A stretch of 64,000 nt of DNA, taken from Octopus vulgaris (Eukaryota). The stretch is taken from contig OX597814.1 of assembly GCA_951406725.2 (NCBI GenBank), positions 23,126,001 to 23,190,000 on the forward strand, read 5' to 3'. Made by a program: the position numbers and the translations under genes. Position 1 is the first letter of the stretch; every line of letters begins with the position of its first letter. Positions 1 through 12,975 of the stretch are shown here, one piece after another. A model generated the notes under the pieces. It was not told where the DNA came from. It ran no database searches and saw nothing but the letters and a program-made list of their open reading frames with translations.

Positions 1-277
1 GCTACTTCCATTAATATATGGGCCTGGATAATCAATTATTTCCCCCCTTATATCACACAGGGTCTCTTGATCTTTGAGGTGCCACACAAGGCGGGCCAGG
101 GACATGACTAACCGTTTTTCTGGGACTCTGAAGAATGACCAGTGGTTAAGAAAGTTTCGTTTGAAAAAAGTACTGGCAGATCCAATATATTTTTAAACAT
201 GGGATGTAGCCATATTCACATCCTTAGTAACATATGGTGTGGGGCCGGTCATCCCATTGGTATTGAAGATAATTACA

Positions 278-390
278 TAGAGAGAGAGAGGTAGAAAGAG
301 TGAGAGAGAGATAGAGAGAAAGTGAGATAGAGAGATAGAGAGAAAGAGAGATAGAGAGATAGAGAGAAAGAGAGATAGAGAGATAGAGAT
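278..390. repeat. (GA)n/(GATAGA)n-type microsatellite
   Basis: Direct reading; explains ORF 193..393. Confidence 0.9.
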
Positions 391-444
391 CATATTGGGT
401 TAGGTTTGTCTAACAATGATTTGCAATATTTCTTCTAGCCTTAA

Positions 445-620
445 AGGTGGTCAGCTGGCAGAATTGTTAACATACTGGACACAATGTTCAGTGGCATACC
501 ATCCGTCTTCATGCTCAGTTCAAATTCCACTGGGATTGAATTTTGCCTTCATAAAGCATGTACCTGTTAAACACTGGGGACGATGTAATTGCAAAATTGT
601 TGGCCTTATGCCAGAATTTG
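445..620 (+). mobile_element. Old, diverged copy of SINE family B
   Basis: agctggcagaattgttaacatactggac...gttcaaattcc...tttgccttcat matches the cleaner copy at 2767. Confidence 0.65.
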
Positions 621-1939
621 GAATCAGTTTTTCTTCCAGCCTTTTGTATTTTGAATTCAAATACTACCAACATCAAATCTTCTTTTCCTCTCACAGGGTC
701 AATAAAAAAGTATCATTCATCCACTGAGATGAATTTAATTGACCAACCCCCCCACCCTATCCCACCCTGTCACACTGAAACTCAGGCCTTGTGTCTATAT
801 TAGAAAAAGGTGGAGTGTGATATAAGGAAGATTTTTTTCTTCTATTTGTACCCAGCTAGAAACCCATCCAGCAGCTTCCTCCATGATTTACCTAAGCCAA
901 AGCAATGCAAATATGTAAAAATAAGGTAACTAAATGTTGTAAAAAATACATCAAAATATTTTTCCGCTGAAGTTTAATGAAGATTAATAGGGAAATTATT
1001 GTTTTCTCCCCAGTATTGTTTTTACTGCTAAAATGTTCTGTTCAGGAAATGCCAAACATCAATTTTGAGATATATTGTCTGATTAAAATATATCACAATT
1101 TATAAGATATATTTCCAAAGTAAGAATGTGAAGTAAGCAATCTTCATTATATTTAGAAGAATATTATATCATAGATGTCAAATATCTAAAAATCAAGAAA
1201 ATTGTATTATGATAGAAGACTTCAAAATTGTCATCATAACTTAATGTTTGGTATCAAGATATTTATGACAAAATGATTTCCCATAAATATATTTCTTGAA
1301 AACATCTTGGTAAACTTTTAATAAATATCAATATCCAGAATGAAAATTTTGTATATTTGCGTTAAATGGCACACATACAATTATTTGGACATCATTCATG
1401 GAGCCCTGAATAATTAATTAAGCTAAATAAGTATATGCACGGGGCATTGAGAGAAGGGAAGAGCCTTAAAATTTTTTTAATTTTATAATTAGTGCTGGAT
1501 TTTTCCTGGTGCAAATTAATGCCCCACAATAAAAAGACACCACAATAAATGGAAAATGTACGCACACACGCCCACTAATAAATGGATGCACATTTATGCA
1601 CAATGAAATCTATTATATATTACTATCGAACTAATTATAGTATTGAAAACGGTAACAATACATATTTTAAGCTTGGGAATTCAACAAAATTGAAATCTGT
1701 CAGTTAGTAACATGTTGCAATCTCAAATGATCAATTAAGCAGTAGTTTATGTGAGGAGAAGTACGTGATGGTCTATGACTTCATATTGCCAAGGAGAGAT
1801 GTAAATTACTGAGTGTTTTATTTGCAGTTTACACTGCTTAGGAAAAGTAGTAAAGAATAATACTAATAGACTTAATTTATACATTATTACCATTTTCATA
1901 ACGCAGTGATATTTATTTCATTAAAATTTCTTTTTGCAA

Positions 1940-2375
1940 AAGCTACTCGGGAACATTTGGAAAGAATAGGCCCAAGGAAGATGCAGAACAAAGTAGTGAG
2001 AAAGGATCTTCTGAAATTGGGTCTCACAGAGGAGATGACAAAGGACCAAGACTTCTGGCAGTTTGCAGTGCTTGAGAAGACACATCAAGCTAAGTGAAAT
2101 CATGGCTGTCCTTACATACAAGCATGTACTCAGCATCCCTCTTCACCTGACTTATCCTAATCTTGCAGGCTAATTGATGCTTGTGCCACATAAAAAGTTA
2201 CCCATGCTGGTGCTGTGTAAAAGCACCCAGTACACTCTGCAAAGTGGTTGGCATCAGGAAGGGCATCCAACTGTAGAAACCATATCAAAACAGACATGGA
2301 ACCTGGGCAGGCTTTCAGCTAGTCAGCTCCTGTCAAACCATCCAACCCATAGAAAACGGACATTAAATGATGATG
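1940..2375 (+). mobile_element. RTE-clade LINE 3' fragment with family-C tail
   Basis: Translates PRKMQNKVVRKDLLKLGLTEEMTKDQDFWQFAVLEKTHQAK*, the RTE C-terminus pattern (GRPxxxW...D...W). Followed by the ggcatcaggaagggcatcc...(GAT)n tail. Confidence 0.75.
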
Positions 2376-2649
2376 TCATCATCGTCATCAACATTGTTTC
2401 TGACAGGATTCTTTTAATTATATTTTCATGTGTTTTTCCCCTTGTAAAAGATTTCTTTCCTGTAGCTTAGTCATAAGTAAATATCTTGCTTTTATTGTTT
2501 ACTGGTATTTCGTGTTAGAAACATAATTTAAAAAATAAAAAGTATATTTAAAATATAGCTGAGGTGGCTGGCCTAGTAGAAAACTGAATTTTAATCTTTC
2601 ATTTTACATCCAAAACTTACGACTTAATGTTATGTCATTTAGACAATAA

Positions 2650-3763
2650 AAGGATCGCTGTTTCAAATTCAGTAGTACATGGAATTTAAATCTACTGACT
2701 TGCAGTCCCAAGTTTTATGTTACATAATCATATAGAATGTCTAAAATTCATTCTTGGGTTATATGGGCAGCAAGCTGGCAGAAACGTTAGCGTGCCGGGC
2801 GAAATGCTTAACGATATTTCGTCTGTCATTACGTTCTGAGTTCAAATTCCGCTGAGGTCGACTTTGCCTTTCATCCTTTCGGGGTCGATAAATAAAGTAC
2901 CAGTTTTGTACTGGGGTCGATGTAATCGACTTAATCCCTTTGTCTGTCCTTGTTTGTCCCCTCTATGTTTAGCCCCTTGTGGGTAGTAAAGAAATATATA
3001 TGGGCTTTGAGAAAATGTGCCAAGTCTTGCTGAAATGTGTATGGTCGTCTACTACATACTTCAACTATGCAAGGCTTAGAAACTTTTTCTAGCCCCTCAA
3101 TGTATTAAATAGTAGTAATTCTAAGATTCTATGGAAAGATATGATGTGGCATAGCATGATCTTCATTATTCACTACTTGTAAAATCATCACAGTTGCCGG
3201 AAACTTAGTGTGCATTGCAGGTGACATTTGAAGAATTGGCACATAACCATCTCTCATTTCTTGGATGGTCTTTTTCAAAGTTTTCTCATCAGAGAAGACT
3301 CAAAGCATGTCGTGTTTTTATGAGGGTTTTTTATCTTGTTAAGCAACCTTTTGGCATGGTTTAAACGTTTTCCCTGCTGTGTCTTTGCAGGCAGGAATTG
3401 ATCTCTTTTCAATATATGTGACTTGCATCAAATATCCTCACGCATCACATTTCTGATAGTTCATTCCAACACCTGAAGTTGTTTGGCAAAAGCTCTCATT
3501 GATTTTTTTAGGTCATCATCAATAATATTTTGATCACATTTGATGAATAATAGTATTTTTAGTGAAGAAATGCTTAGTATGTTTTTCCCTCTTGATACAG
3601 TTGAAACATTGCCACCAGAGGCTTCTAATTCCATCTGAACTTTGTGTGCAGAAGATCTTGCAGCATTTTGAAAGTTGGCAATTTCTAAATCACTGTTTTC
3701 TGCACATACAGCAACAATGACTGTATGTGTTTCCATTTCTTTTATTAGCACTCTGTCTGCCAT
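2650..3763 (-). pseudogene. Decayed Tc1/mariner-superfamily transposase (maT/DD37D-like), interrupted by a SINE
   Basis: ORF 3763..3461 gives an HTH-like N-terminus (VIVAVCAENSDLEIANF...KSMRAFAKQLQVLE). Manual translation downstream gives AKRLLNK, FSDEK, RNERWLC, MHTKFPATVM, YTFQQDLA. Beyond the SINE it gives SVDLNSMYY (SPDLNP-like). Many stops and frameshifts. Confidence 0.85.
2767..2996 (+). mobile_element. tRNA-derived SINE family B (Meta-domain-like core)
   Basis: agctggcagaaacgttagc head, B box gagttcaaattcc, gactttgcctttcatcctttcggggtcgataa core. TSD-like tatatgggc on both sides. Repeated at 17605 and 36405. Confidence 0.9.
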
Positions 3764-4719
3764 GGGGTATCTGAAAGAAATAATAACCTTTTAATTGGTT
3801 TGAAGAGAGTAATATATAAATTAAATGTTATCAAATACCCTTTGTATCCTGTAGTTATATAATATTAACAGGCATTACTTTCTAGACAACACTCATGTGT
3901 GTGTGTGTGAATATTTATGTATACACTGGTTATCTAGCGTTGTATTTATGTTGAGTCTCTTTATATGCCCGGAGGATTAGAACACCAGACAAAAGAACTT
4001 TTGGAATTTAGTTCTTTACATTCTAAGTTCAAATTGTGTTGAGATCTGTAATTCTTTCAGAATTGATAAAATAAAGCATCACTCTAGTATAGTGGACTGA
4101 TAGGATTATTTCAGCAATAAACAAATATACCGTCCAACCCATGCTAGCATGGAAAACTGACGTTAAACGACCATGATGAGGATGATTGTGATACATATTT
4201 TGTTTCTTTTTGGTTTTGCCTGCAATAACACGGGTGTTGATATGTATCCACCCTTTACTTTCCCTTGGATAATATTGGTGGTATGGAGAAGGTGATCTTG
4301 ATTCAGGAACAACTTCTGGTCCACCATAAAAAAACCTTGCCTATGTTTGCATCATGGAGAAGTACTTTCCTCACACAAATACATGTTTAATTTTACATCC
4401 TTGTTAATACTTTCGGGAAGAAAAGAGGGTATTTCAATGGGATTTTAAAACAGTGTGAAATTGAAGAACGATATAAATATCTAAGGAATGCTAGTGTGAA
4501 TTGTTGAAAATTAATATCAAGGATTGAAGCAAGAGCATAAAATTTCTATGAAGCTGAAATTATACAAGAAAAGACTGTGTAATGTATTCAGTATGAATTG
4601 AAGAAGTGAGATGTTGTAGGAAAAACAAGCAGTGAATTTGGTATGAATGGAGAAGATAGCATAGATTGAATACCATTGAAGTTTTAATAATTTTACTGTC
4701 ATTATAACACTTAATTGAA

Positions 4720-6690
4720 TTTGCCAGTTTTTTCCATCAGTGTATAAAAGGCATCATGGCAGTGATATTATGGTATGATTTAAATCAAGACCATTGTTTA
4801 CAATGCTGCACAAAGACTCCATTCTCTAATTTCCCACAGTGGTGAATGCCAGGTTTACTAGTGAAGTGATTAGTTTAAGGTGTGAATGCAGGGACTCAAT
4901 TGAATGTTAGGGAAGAAGGATTTCTAAAACAGGTTTTTGTGTAAACGTTCTATCTCAGATGGCTCATCTAATTTTGGTAGCAATAATCACTTTACATATA
5001 TCCCTTCTGTGAACTGAAGTGGAAGTCTCCCTGCATGTTTTGTCATTACCAGTATTTTAATTAACGAAGCATTCAGTACAAGTATTTTTATTGAAATGCT
5101 GTCCTTTTATTGGCATTCTTTCTAGTTTTGAGTTATACCTAGTCAACCAAATTTTCATCCTTCCAACCAAGGTCAAATCTGCTGAAGCTAATTATCATTT
5201 ACATAATGACATTGTACAAAATTAATGTGAAACTTGAAGAGTTCTCTGAAATATGTTGTATAGAATATCAAAAGCATCAAAGAATGATGGACAAGCTGTC
5301 TGCAGTTGGATATGAAGCCAGGTGTGTATGGGAAACATACAATCCCTTTATAGGGATCTCCTAGACTGGTGAGATTAAAGCAAGGAGGAAATTATAAATG
5401 TTTGTGCCATTCTATGTAGCAATGATTTCTGAAGGTGTTTTGAACAGAATCTAGTGGGTTAGACACCGTATGGATATTGAGAAGTTGTAAACTATTAACA
5501 TCAGCTTGTGTAGATTACTAGTTAAGAAGTTGAAATATCCCTATTGGAGAACATTTTGTAAGTCTCAGCCAATCATTGAAATGGCTTTTTAAAAACGTAA
5601 TCTAGAACATATGAGTATACAATAACTAAACCATTTCTGATATGTCAACAGTATTCTCATATAAGTAATACCTGGGCTTTTTGGATGACCAAAGCAAATC
5701 TAAGAAGTATTCTAAGTTACAAACACTCCCTTGTCACTTTCCTCACAGAACTAGGGATTAGCTTGTTGGGAACTTATAACCAACAATGACATTGTTGTTT
5801 ACCAGTTGTGACACAAATATAAATGAAATATTTTCAAAATCAAAATCAATTTGATGACTGGCATTCGTGCCAGTGGGGTGCAAAGAGCACCATACGAGTG
5901 TGATTGTTGACAGAGCAACTATTCGAGTATGATTGTTACCAGCGTCGTCTTACTGGCACTTATGCCTGTGGTAGTAGGGTGCCATGAGCACCATCCGAGC
6001 CTGATCGATGCCAGAGCAGCCAACTGGCTTCCGTACCTGTGGCTCATAAAAGGGCACCATTCGAGTGTGATCGTTACCAACGTTGCTTCACTGACACCTG
6101 TACAGGTGGCACGTGTAAAAAGATTCGAGCGAGGTCATTGTCAGTACCGCCTGACTGGCCCCCGTGCCGGTGGCATGTAAAAAGCACCCACTACACTCTC
6201 GGAGTGGTTGGTGTTAGGAAGGGCATCCAGCTGTAGAAACTCTGCCAGATCAAGATTGGAGCCTGGTGCAGCCATCTGGCTCGCCAGCCCTCAGTCAAAA
6301 TCGTCAACCCATGCTAGCATGGAAAGCAGACGTTAAACGATGATGATGATGATGATGATTTTCTTACACTGAAGAGGAACTCAAGTGATTAAGAAACAAT
6401 TTTGATATGTTTTATTGCAAAAACATTGTGAGGACAAACTTTTGTCGGAGAGGATTTTATTTATGTGCTGTGTATTTATGGGATTGATGTATTGCAAGAT
6501 TACTTCCATGGAATCTGTAACGACTGCATCTCTGTATTTCTAAAGAAAACGAAGTTGAAATATCCCTATTGGAGAACATTTTGTGGTGTCTGTTCAAGAA
6601 GCAGTACATATATGCTATTGGGCAAATGAATTGTGAGTGGATAACACCTGTATGTGGAAGGTCCAAGAGGACCAAAGAATGGTAACAATT
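4720..6690 (+). pseudogene. Probable decayed Maverick/Polinton protein-primed DNA polymerase B fragments
   Basis: Collinear peptides by manual translation: YQKHQRMMDKLSAVGYEARCVWET (~5266-5338), GLMYCKI (~6481), KLKYPYWRTF (~5527 and ~6552), WITP (~6638). These resemble pPolB motifs LxxxGYxVxxxWEC, GLIKCKV, KLxFPLCRTC and WxTxE. Interrupted by a family-C element. Confidence 0.4.
5845..6360 (+). mobile_element. Non-autonomous RTE-tailed element (family C) with internal subrepeats
   Basis: aaagcacccactacactctcggagtggttgg...aagggcatccagctgtagaaac...catgctagcatggaaag...(GAT)n tail. Confidence 0.85.
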
Positions 6691-6704
6691 AATTAAGAGT
6701 CATA

Positions 6705-7100
6705 ATCATCATCATCATCATCATCGTTTAACGTCCGCTTTCTATGCTAGCATGAATTGGACGATTTGACTGAGGTCTGGTGAACCAGATGGCTGCACCA
6801 GACTTCAATCTGATCTGGCAGAGTTTCTACAGTTGTATGCCCTTCCTAGCGCCAACAACTCCGAGAGTGTAGTGGGTGCTTTTATGTGCCACCGGCACGA
6901 GGGCCAGTCAGGCGACACTGGCAATGACCATGCTCAAATGGTGCTTTTTATGTGCCACCTGCACAGGAGCAAGTCCGGTGGCACTGGCAACTACCTCACT
7001 CAAATGTTTTTGCATGTGCCACCAGCACAAGTGCCAGTAAGGCGACGCAGGTTATGATCATGCTTAAATGGTGTTTTATACATACCACCAGTACGGAGGT
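6705..7100 (-). mobile_element. Family C element, opposite orientation to 5845-6360
   Basis: (CAT)n cgtttaacgtccgctttc...gtagtgggtgcttttatgtgccacc. Confidence 0.85.
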
Positions 7101-8490
7101 GCTGCAAAACTCCAATATCTCCTAATGAATAACTAATCACACTCCAAAACTATTTTCTCTTATATTACCTAATCAACCTTATTCTTGGACAATAAAAGTA
7201 ACTGTCTTACATTGCACACATGCACCAAGCAAAAGAGTACCATTCCCATGTTTAAGGCAGTACTCATTCTCATGTAAAGCAAAAACAGCCTTCTAGACAA
7301 ATACACATTTATCAGCATATCTAAAACTCTTATTGCCAGATGCTGTAATTTCTTTATCGCTTTTATCACAGCTAAAATGGTCTCCAGTTCTCTGAAATAA
7401 CTGATTCCACTTGAAACCCTCACTTTACTTACATCTCCACTTAAACCCATAATATGCATATTTTTGGATCTCCCACCCCACCATTATTATCAACCCAACA
7501 ACCAGCTTTCAAAAAGTCGGAAGTAAATAATAATTGTATTAACTTACATTACAGTGTTATTTAAAAGGTCCTTGAAAGGTTATAGACTATTCACTCCCAT
7601 CTCAAATCAAGTTATAAAATAAACTGAGTGAAACCCATCTTAAAAATATCAAAAATTCTGAACACTTGTAATTATATTACACAATGTCATTGCATAGCCC
7701 TTATTTGAAGGCCAAAACCTTTCCACATTAATCAGTTATATTGGTTGAGAACAAAAGGGTACATACCACCTGATCTTATCCTGATCTGCAAAAATATCAG
7801 TACATTGGTTCCATATTACTTGCTTGACTGCTACTATCATTAAGAAATTGTTTACTTCTTTATGGAACAACACTTAGCAATGTTTCACTGGAAAATGTAT
7901 AGCAAATTATGATTCCAAAATATAAAATATACTGCCCCAGTCTATAAGGAAATCTCAACTTGACAAAGATAGTAATAATTCTTTTCTTCATAGTCTTGGC
8001 AAATTATTTTCCAAGTCTGAGATAATGTACTTTTACTGCTTTGTACAACTGAACATTTCCTTAGCATCACTTTGAGAATGGTAAATAAACAGTACCAGCA
8101 CAATATATAAATATACTATTATAATTATCCTCATTGTGTTCATAAAAATTTATGAAAACCAAAATGCAAAATATACATTTGTTTTGGAATCTATCCAATT
8201 TCAGTCATTTTGCAGAAGATACATTTATATAAAAAATTAAATAAAGGCCCTGCAAACATATACATGATTACATAAGTTGTTCAAAAAATTCTAAACATCT
8301 ATTTTTTTTCATTTTGTTAATTCATTTTGGCGGAAGCTACCTTTAGATAAGAAATTCTATAAGATAACAAAAATATTCAAACTATTTTCCTTTTGGCTTT
8401 TTATAAATTGTACAAGAAAAAAAAAAAGACAAAATGAATACGAAATGAACAATTTTCTTTGCAGGATACATTTCTTTTTATTTCAGAAAC

Positions 8491-9337
8491 TATTTTTATA
8501 ACTTTTTCTGTTGCGTTAATATAAAAGAGATGATACTTATCAAATAGGGTTTAGAAAATATTATTAATAGAAGAAATAATTATTGTATTAACTGTTCAAT
8601 GAGTTTATTTATTTATGAATTAAAGAAAAGTTTGGCTTTGCTTTAAAAGAAAATATCTTCTTTAGGTTTACAGGTTTTGATTATCTGGTCAATAACAAAA
8701 GACATTGTTTTTCTTTTTTTTTTCATTCTCATTGAAAGTGAATTAAATATGATGAATACATTGATAAACTGAACAAAATAATAATATGGTGAGTATTACT
8801 TCCAAAAAATCATTATAAAACAAATTTCAATATGGAAAATCTTAGCAAAATTTGTAAAAAAATTTATAGCTTCTGTATATGTGTTCACTGTTTTTTTTAT
8901 GTATATAGAAAACAATAACTCTACTTGAGACCAAAGAAAACAACATTAAAATGATTAATTCGACGAGACTAGTATTAGTCTTCTCTTTCTATTAGAATTG
9001 ATACAAAAATTCTTCTCATTTATTAGATATATCAATTTATTTATTACAGCACATTTCTGCTGTATACGAGGATCTTCATAGTGAATGAAGTTTGTTTTAC
9101 TGCCAGTCTGTACATAGTGACTTGATGGAGATAACATTCTACTAATTTAGAATCAATTCAAATTTTATCAAGCCTCGAGTTTACAACCAAACAAGAGACA
9201 GTCCAATTATGAGGTCTTTTAACATAAATTAGAACTCTCATCAGTATTTTTATAACTTTTTCTGTTGCATTAATATAAAAGAGATGATACTTATCAAATA
9301 GGGTTTAGAAAATATTATTAATAGAAGAAATAATTAT
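8491..9337. repeat. ~93-bp direct repeat pair (8491-8583 and 9245-9337)
   Basis: tatttttataactttttctgttgc..aatataaaagagatgatacttatcaaatagggtttagaaaatattattaatagaagaaataattat occurs twice, nearly identical. Confidence 0.9.
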
Positions 9338-9954
9338 AATTAACAAATAGGATAGAAAACTGAATTAGTTTTATTTCAAGTCAATCACTTATATTTTAAA
9401 AAATCTCAGTCAATGATAACTGTATTAGTCTAAATTTTAAATCCATTCTCACATTTATCTAGATAATAATGTTTTAAAGAGATTCGCCGACTAACACGTC
9501 CCAAAAATATAAAGGAATGCTTTCCAAATTCGCTATTTTGTTTTACCTTGAGCAAATGAATAGTATTGGCAAAAGATCAAAGAAAATGTAACCAACTCCG
9601 TGTCTTTGAAGCAAATATCTATCTTTTATTGTCAGGGAGCTTAGCCAAAGCTTGGATGTCTTACAGGAAAAACCTATTACTTTAACAGTGGATGAGATTG
9701 AAATCCATGACATGGCCAACAGCCAAAGTTCAAGACAGTTGTTGCAGTATCATTGTACAGATTTTCCATTCTGAAAAGAAAATTGGATAAGTTCCAGTAC
9801 TTTTATTTTATTGTTAAATCTACATCAATATTATCTATTTCTATATTTAAGTTCATATAAATAATTTACCAACCAGAAACAATAGATAACATATTATACA
9901 CTCACACAAACAAGACTTATGCAAGATACACACACACATGCACAAATATGCATC

Positions 9955-9955
9955 T

Positions 9956-10031
<76 letters not shown>

Positions 10032-10140
10032 CAAATAAATGTATATTTTATCATTGTAGGCATATTATGATCATGATCGTGATCATCATTATCATCACCA
10101 CCAGCACCATCATCATCATCATCATCATCCTCATCATCAT
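9955..10140. repeat. (CA)n-(TA)n and (CAT)n microsatellites
   Basis: Direct reading. Confidence 0.9.
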
Positions 10141-12800
10141 TTTGTGTATGTTTACCATGCTGGCATTGACTGAACATTTTGACAAGATCCAACAAGTCAG
10201 AGAATCATACCTTGCTCAGTATCTCATTCTAACATGTTTTCTATGATTGAATCCCCGTCTTAATACCAAACAATTTAGAGAATGTATTGGGTGCATTTTC
10301 ATGCCACCAAAACTATAGAGCACATTGCCATCAACACAAGTGAAGAGCTCTCTCAAGCCCTGCATTGTTGCTGCTTGATTTGATTTACTAACCACAAGAG
10401 AGTATACAGGGTGGGATTGCCTTGTAGCTTACCAAGCAAAAGAGAGCTCGCATGAGGAATGAAACAAATTCATTATTTTGAGAAGTTGGCAATGGAAAGA
10501 ATAAGAGAGAGAACAGTGTTAGAGGAGTAATGAAGGAGATAGGAAAGAATAAATTTAGTGATTAATGTGAAAGAAAGGAGGGACAAAGTAGTAATGGCAA
10601 TGAGGCAGGTTGGTCTGCTTACTTGAGTTGGATGGAATGTCAGTGTCCAAGCCAGTTCTTATTGGAGTTACACAGATATACGTTTGGCAGTAAATGGCAG
10701 ATGAGTGACTGACTGAAAAAATAATAGGGAAGTGGGTAAGATCATAAGAAAGATAGGGGAGAAAATTAGCTTTTGTGGGGGTTCGTGAGAAAAAGATATA
10801 GAGTGATAGGATGGAAGGGAGGATTAAGGAAGAAGAAATGCTACCCATGTTAAACATGAGTGGGTAATGTATTGTATAAAGAAATGATAAGCTGAGAGTA
10901 GATAATAGGTGGTAAAGGGAAACACAATGTCAGGGAGAGTGATAAGGGCAATGGAGTGAATTTAGTAGGAGATACAATTTTAATCCATGTTACACATTGG
11001 TTGAGTGATGTAAAGAGAAGAAATAGAATGATGGATGTGGAGCCAGAGTAAATCCTCATGAGAGAATGTCTATGAGAGCATAGTCACAGAAGAATCACAC
11101 AGGGTAGGTAAAGGCTGCAAAGATGCAATCCTATCCTACTGAAAGATAGAGAAAAGAGAAGAAGCAAGTTATAGGGGATGGAGCTAAGGGTAAGGGAGCT
11201 GGAGATATTTAGCATTCATAAGCTGAGTGGTTTGTTCTCAGTTATAGATGGGTGACATGATATGGTGAGTAGAAGAGATGATAAGATGAAAAGCTATAGA
11301 ATAAATAAGATAAACAGTGGAATAGGTGTTTGATCTCATGTATTCCACTTCTATGAAACACATACATGCATGTCTGCAGATGTGTGTGTGTGTGTGTATG
11401 TGTGTGTGTGTTATATATGACTCTGATAGTATTCCCACTGTTTCACACATTTTGATAAACATTAATGAAAAAATTATTTAAAACTATTTCCTAAGAAATA
11501 GCATAAATTTCAAAATCATACAGAATTAATATTTTAAGTGTTCTTACTTTTCAAATACTCTTTTCACCAATTTTTCTATTGATGCCACTGAGTGAGGGAG
11601 AGGAGTATAAAGTCATATAAAAGACAACTTTATCTATCACTGAATTTAAAAGTATTAACAGATAATATAATGATTTAAAAACATTTACTTCAAATTCATC
11701 TTTTCTAATGTTGTTATTGCATATAATTAAGCAGGTAAGTATCATATGTTTATCAACAAAATAATGGAGCTATCAATACTCAATTTCCTTTTTGTTTAGC
11801 TTTGAAAGGTAAAAATTTTTTTAAAAATTGTTTTCATGTTTAGTAACAAATTAAATTTTTATTTCACTGATTAAACATCAACTCAATTTATAACCTTATG
11901 GAAACGCCATCTATAAATGAGATCAGTTCAGCAGAGTTAATTAGTGCAAATAACAACATATTTTGTTTGTATTAGCACTATATCTTTTTTTTATGTTGTT
12001 TTTAAAGAAAAATTATATACTGAAAATATGAGCAAATATTTTAAGTTTACCCACTTATAAATTCATAATTACTTTCTTACTCTTTGCTCTTTCAGTTTGT
12101 AGTGGATAGAATAAACTTAAGCTGTAAATATACCAGATCCAAAGAGATAAATCAAGAAGTATGAGTCAGATATGATCTTCCATTAATGTGTAGAGTGAAT
12201 CTAAAAATTATATTGTGTATGTGTAGCTAAACTGAGAAAAAGATTATCAATAATAGTGTAGCTGGTGCTTGTGGTGTGGTGGGGAGTCTGTCTCAGGCAA
12301 CACTTTTATGTGGGTAACACTTTTGAGTCTGCTGATTAAGCCTGAGGCAAACTCAAGGGTTGCCCTGGGTGACTATTGATTATCAAGAACCTGAAGTTAA
12401 ACATGAGAAATACAAGATGGTAAAAATACACAGTCAATAAACTACATATCACGTGTATTTTAGTAATTTGAAGAATCCGGTCAAATGAGAATAGTTATGA
12501 TATGAGTAGACAAAAAGTGCCCCGAGGAGTGTTTAAAATAAAAACAATTATCTTGATAGATAACTTCAATAATGTTAGCCAGACAAAATATTTTGAAAAT
12601 AAATCTTTATGGATGGAGATGGACCTCGTTTTTAAAGCTAGTTGATGACTGTCATGAAAATATTTTGATTATATTAGATCTCTTCAGTAAAAAGACTGAA
12701 ACATAGCTTTTAATTTCACCAATTGGCTTTATTCACCTATTTGCATTATATTTTTCAAAAATTTTAATTGGCTGATATAACTGGAATATCTACCTTAGTT

Positions 12801-12975
12801 TTGTTGTGTCTGGGGAGAGTCATTTTCTTTTTGTGCCTTATAATGTAACACACTCACCGGTAAAATTTCCACATTATAAGGCACAAAAAGAAAATTACTC
12901 TCTCCAGACACAACAAAATATGCTTCAACACACGAATTCATATAAAGAATCTTGCAAACCAAATCCAAAAACGAA
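12801..12975. mobile_element. Internally deleted palindromic element (same family as 56473) with 13-bp TSD
   Basis: ttgtgtctggggagagtcattttctttttgtgccttataatgt ... acattataaggcacaaaaagaaaattactctctccagacacaa. atctaccttagtt occurs at 12788-12800 and 12976-12988. Confidence 0.85.

Noticed and set aside
9170-9245. CUGAUGAG on the minus strand
   Set aside because: No properly placed GAAA box or stems I and III.
10440-11340. Strongly purine-rich 900-bp stretch with short ORFs
   Set aside because: No periodicity or protein motif found; compositional bias only.
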